From Candidatus Babeliales bacterium (GTDB lineage: Bacteria; Babelota; Babeliae; Babelales; Vermiphilaceae): a stretch of DNA of 64,000 bases. Below, one piece after another: positions 61,101 to 64,000 of the stretch (positions are counted from its first letter, which is position 1; each line of letters opens with the position of its first letter). The stretch is from assembly GCA_963743635.1 (NCBI GenBank), contig CAVUQO010000002.1, forward strand, positions 96,001 through 160,000. The letters run 5' to 3'. Position numbers and translations under genes: made by a program. The notes beneath the pieces are model-generated. The model made no database searches. It saw only the letters and a program-made list of their open reading frames with translations, and had not been told where the DNA came from.

Positions 61101-61176
61101 GCACTACTCCATGCATGCTCTGCACCACTGCGAGCACTATAAAACCTAAAAATAAAATATTTTTCCTGAACTTCAT
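58132..61176 (-). CDS. Secreted YVTN-type 14-blade (double) propeller + 3 FN3-like domains
   Basis: Fourteen repeats counted; same C-terminal module. Confidence 0.88.
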   Translation of the reverse strand: MKFRKNILFLGFIVLAVVQSMHGVVPDTVIGCINGLACNFSAPNAIAITPDGSKAYVCNSNGNSVIAIDVANNTIIGCVDVPEAYSSCGFTYPKAIAITPEGSKAYVCNNVGSVSVINVATDTVVGCVDVPGAYSACGFNNPVAIAITPDGSKAYVCNEIGNSVSVIDVATDTVVGCVDVPGAYSACGFNNPVAIAITPNGSKAYVCNNVGSVSVVDVATNTVVGCVDVPGAYASCFFNLPGSIAITPDGSKAYVCNTGNNTVTAIDVATDTVVGCVDVPGAYSACGFNRPQAIAITTDGSKAYVCNPDSNTVSVIDVATNTVIDCVDVPEAYSACGFNNPVAIAITPYGTEAYVCNINGYSVSVIEVASDKAIGCVHAPGVYSACEIYEPQTVAITPNGKKAYVCNWANNSVSVINVASDTVVGCVDVPGAYSPYCGFNAPQAIAITPNGEKAYVCNTGNNSVSVINVASDTVVGCVDVPAAYSPYCGFNAPQAIAITPNGEKAYVCNTSYNSVSVIDVASDTVIGCVDVPGVYSSYCGFNGPQAVAITTDGSKAYVCNADSNTVSVIDVVTDTVIGCVDVPGAYSACGFNNPLAIAITPNGEKAYVCNSFDGIVSVINVETDSVIRCVDVPGAYSACGFNNPVAIAITPDGSKIYVCNYNGGGSVSVVDVASDTVIGCVDVPDAYSACSFNGPQGIAITPNGAKAYVCNYNGNSISIIAAQPPLAPTNLSGCILQQGTTITNTLVWDAPTSGFLPTSYQVYRGATLIATVPGYGYGPFEYEDARLNPNMTYTYNIYSVYDGITSDPATITLSVFCYPELFPPSGLSSSCSLDKNYTITWEVPTSGATPVEYEIYSDASLTHLVATVLAYGYDSFMYELTGLDPNMSYIYYIVSVDGYGDKSQPASVTVGPCISILPPASINGCKMQNRFLLQTDYINNITWTAPASGSSPVAYKIYRNAGLTQLVATVSASGSLQYYDHNRNPNDVYNYYIVSVDVNGNVSTANSVTVTQSC

Positions 61177-61233
61177 GACATTCTCCTTATATGTATAATA
61201 TTGACTTTAATATCCTATGCTCTATCGCTAATT

Positions 61234-63252
61234 CTATGCGATTGCGAAATCATCTACAGCTGCGCCATGAGTGCAAACGTGTAACTGACTAGAAGAAGAT
61301 CCTTGATGTTTCAATGGCCTTAGAAGACGATGATATACATATGGTTCTTTATTTGTATCTTGTGCGAACGTGTACTCGGCTTGGCATTGTTGTTTGGTAT
61401 GATTTGTAAGATTATTGCGCGTGACATTCGCAATAAGCATGTCTTGTGTTTCTCCAGATCCGTCTTTTATCCACGGGACTAATGTGCCCACGCATTGTAT
61501 AACATAATCAAGCATGTCAGCAAAACTATGATCACGGATCGTTTTTTGGTCTAGCTTCATCCTGCCAAGTCCTTGTCTGATATACACCCAGGCAGATTTT
61601 CGTAGAGACTTTATTTCAGCTAATTGCCGTGGTGAATTAGATTTTGCTTCTACAATAAGTTCTTCCTTTCTTTTTGGATCTTGAATAGTAAATGTGTGTG
61701 TTTTGCGATCAATAGCACTCACATAACTGCCATCAGATACTGGAAAGACGTTATTCCACTCATCGGAAGTTATATCGAAAATATCTTTTTCGGTTGATTG
61801 GGAAGAGCTTGAAGAAGAAGAGGATGAAGCACTACTAGCAGGAACTGTTTCTTTTTCGATTGAAGCTTCTTTTTTTTCGGAAGCTTTCTTTTTGCCTTTT
61901 TCAGATTTTGCTTTTTTCTTTTCTTCTTCTTTTTCCTGCGCTTCAATGAGTTGTTTGCTGACTTCTCGTGCGCGCGTTTCTTCTAGTTCCCTTATGATAG
62001 GAAATAATTCATAGATATTTAAAAATGTATCATCGTACTTAGTTTTAGATTCATCGATAAGTTCAAGGCCTCTCTTGATATCTTGTTTTTCTCCCCCAAT
62101 GCCCAAAATATAGGCATATCCACGGGCTAAATACAAAGATCTTACTGTTTTAACGGTAGATTCCTTAATGAAAGCAAGTAATTTTTTAGATTTTTCTTCA
62201 TCTTTTTCTACGCAATATCCATAATGGTAGGCTATTACTAGTTGCAAGAGCTCCATATTCAACATGTCATTGGGGACCTGTTCGTATGCTCTTGCAAGCA
62301 TCAAAATGCCCTCTTCGCTTCCTTCATTGGTAAGGATTGTGCTATAAATGAATCGTGCGACGCGAATACCTTGTCTAGCGAGCTCGCCGAGTATTTCTTT
62401 TGCCTTTTCTCGGTTGCCAGCGATTTTATGAGTCCATATTAATCGCTGAATTTGTGTTTCTCCGTATGGGCTGTGTGCTTTTTCATAGAACTCGTATGCT
62501 TTTTTTATGTTTGGTATGCCACGATTAGCGAGCCCCAATTCATAGATCACACCTGCATTAAGACATGAAGATACGTAATACAGAGGGGTTTCTTGAGTCG
62601 AGTACTGTATGGCTTTTAAATAATTTTGCAAAGCTTGTGCAGGATCGAGAGGTATGAGTGAAATTTCGCCCGAGAGATACGCATTACCTAATTTAAAGAG
62701 CCCACCGCTATAATTGTTTGAGGCGGCTTTTTGGTAGTATTCTAGACCCAGTTTAACGTCTTTCGGCCCGCCAAGGCCACCTACGAGAAGATCGCCCAGT
62801 TCCACGTACGATGCATTGAGTTGAATTTTATCGTCACGAGTCAGGTTTGTTTGATCAATCTTTTCTATCGCAAGCTGCAAGTATTGTCTGGCCTCTTTAT
62901 ATTTATGTAACGGAACACAGGTAGTCGCTGCAGTTTGATACTGCCCAGGAAATCCATGTGTTGCAGCATCCAAAGCATAATGTATTGTTTTATGGGGATC
63001 ATTTTCTAAGGTTCCCAATTTCACCAATTGCATATAAGCCGCAGGAATATATGCGCGAAAAGCAAGCAGTTTCGTTTCTATTTCTTTGAGCTGGGCTTTA
63101 CTGAGAGGTTGGTTGCTCCAGAGTAAATTTTCAGCTACTTGATACTCTCTGAGTGCTTCGGCTTGGGGCATTGCAGGAGGAGTGCTTGCGTATTGAGTCA
63201 ATGATAAGCTTGCAGCGAATGCAAGTATTAATAATGACAGTAGATTTTTCAT
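61234..63252 (-). CDS. Secreted Sel1/TPR repeat protein with charged linker and unknown C-terminal domain
   Basis: LGDLLVGGLGGPKDVKLGLEYYQKAA, AGVIYELG.....NIKKAYEFYEKA, YHYGYCVEKD. Confidence 0.82.
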   Translation of the reverse strand: MKNLLSLLILAFAASLSLTQYASTPPAMPQAEALREYQVAENLLWSNQPLSKAQLKEIETKLLAFRAYIPAAYMQLVKLGTLENDPHKTIHYALDAATHGFPGQYQTAATTCVPLHKYKEARQYLQLAIEKIDQTNLTRDDKIQLNASYVELGDLLVGGLGGPKDVKLGLEYYQKAASNNYSGGLFKLGNAYLSGEISLIPLDPAQALQNYLKAIQYSTQETPLYYVSSCLNAGVIYELGLANRGIPNIKKAYEFYEKAHSPYGETQIQRLIWTHKIAGNREKAKEILGELARQGIRVARFIYSTILTNEGSEEGILMLARAYEQVPNDMLNMELLQLVIAYHYGYCVEKDEEKSKKLLAFIKESTVKTVRSLYLARGYAYILGIGGEKQDIKRGLELIDESKTKYDDTFLNIYELFPIIRELEETRAREVSKQLIEAQEKEEEKKKAKSEKGKKKASEKKEASIEKETVPASSASSSSSSSSSQSTEKDIFDITSDEWNNVFPVSDGSYVSAIDRKTHTFTIQDPKRKEELIVEAKSNSPRQLAEIKSLRKSAWVYIRQGLGRMKLDQKTIRDHSFADMLDYVIQCVGTLVPWIKDGSGETQDMLIANVTRNNLTNHTKQQCQAEYTFAQDTNKEPYVYHRLLRPLKHQGSSSSQLHVCTHGAAVDDFAIA

Positions 63253-63493
63253 AATTGGGGCTCTCGAATAATAAGTTCAACGTTATTTTCTTATACGACT
63301 ATTTGATCATGCCGATATAAGAACCATCAAGAGTTTGTTTGAATAAGTTCTATTGCTTCGGTCGTCTGGACCTTATGTGTAAATTACCTTAAGTGGCGAA
63401 TAATAATTGACCGATTTCTTCAATTCTTGATTTTGTATTACCGATTATTGAATCATGGGAAAAAATAGTTTTCATAACCAAGGAGAATGTTCG

Positions 63494-63841
63494 ATGGCTA
63501 TTACTTTAAATCAAGCGGCACTTGATCGCGCGAAGTATCTGATTGAAGCAGGCGAAGTTACCTCATTTGATGCTGATTGGAACGAAGAAAAACCAACGCC
63601 AAGCGAAGTTGATAAATATATCGATACTCATGATATGAAAGAATATGGCGAATGGTTCTTGGGCAAAAATGATAAGTTTGACCGTGAAGTCCAAGAGCAT
63701 TACGAATATCCATACGGCGATTTAAGAGAAGTGCAACGCTGTGCTGTTGTTCATTCACTTGCGCAAGCGGAAAGAAAAGGCGATAAAGAAGTTGCTAAAG
63801 CAGCAAAAGAACTTCTCGCACTGATCGATGAAAAAGCATAA
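63494..63841 (+). CDS. Small acidic hypothetical protein
   Basis: AAGGAG RBS; EYGEWFLG...YEYPYGD motif. Confidence 0.7.
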   Translation: MAITLNQAALDRAKYLIEAGEVTSFDADWNEEKPTPSEVDKYIDTHDMKEYGEWFLGKNDKFDREVQEHYEYPYGDLREVQRCAVVHSLAQAERKGDKEVAKAAKELLALIDEKA

Positions 63842-63933
63842 CTATCGATTTTAGAACACTGAATGGTGCCATGCTTGAAAGATGATTCAAGCATGGCACG
63901 AATTTTTAGAGAGAAATCGTTAAAGGAGGCCAT

Positions 63934-64000
63934 ATGCCAGAAATACCTGAAGTTGAAGCATTTAAATCCTATTGCACGTCTCATTGTTTGCGCAAGCCAA
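63934..64000 (+). CDS. Fpg/Nei family DNA glycosylase, 5' fragment
   Basis: AAGGAGG RBS then MPEIPEVE, matching the N-terminal catalytic PELPEVE motif; truncated by the window edge. Confidence 0.8.
   Translation, partial: MPEIPEVEAFKSYCTSHCLRKP

Overview
Bacterial chromosomal window of roughly 40% GC (estimated by eye). The many small signal-peptide hypotheticals, eukaryote-like repeat proteins and divergent housekeeping genes suggest a host-associated organism such as Candidatus Babeliae/Dependentiae (TM6); this is an inference. Housekeeping genes are ndk, rpsA, a DeaD-type helicase, leuS, a split LigD (phosphoesterase and polymerase modules), a transaldolase, uvrB, two M3 peptidases, a RecO-like gene, a large MscS/MscK channel, GerMN plus an amidase-like gene, recD2, a partial atp operon and the start of an Fpg/Nei gene. 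rpsA, leuS, deaD, atpF, atpH and atpA carry frameshifts that look like assembly errors. The most notable items are: (1) an operon coupling a pentameric ligand-gated ion channel (YPFD Pro-loop) to a secreted fusion of a degenerate PPP-type phosphoesterase and a Venus-flytrap binding domain; (2) a tandem array of exported Skp1/BTB-like + 8xWD40 proteins with hypervariable propeller-face codons and a reusable leader cassette, plus a separate BC-box-like propeller protein, with CaaX tails on two of these proteins (candidate host cullin-ligase adaptor mimics); (3) three Cys-rich YVTN-propeller/FN3 surface proteins with 7, 7 and 14 blades; (4) nested palindromic REP-like elements inserted before GA; (5) a LeuRS with a remodelled editing site. 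No rRNA, tRNA, CRISPR array, transposase or reverse transcriptase was recognised.
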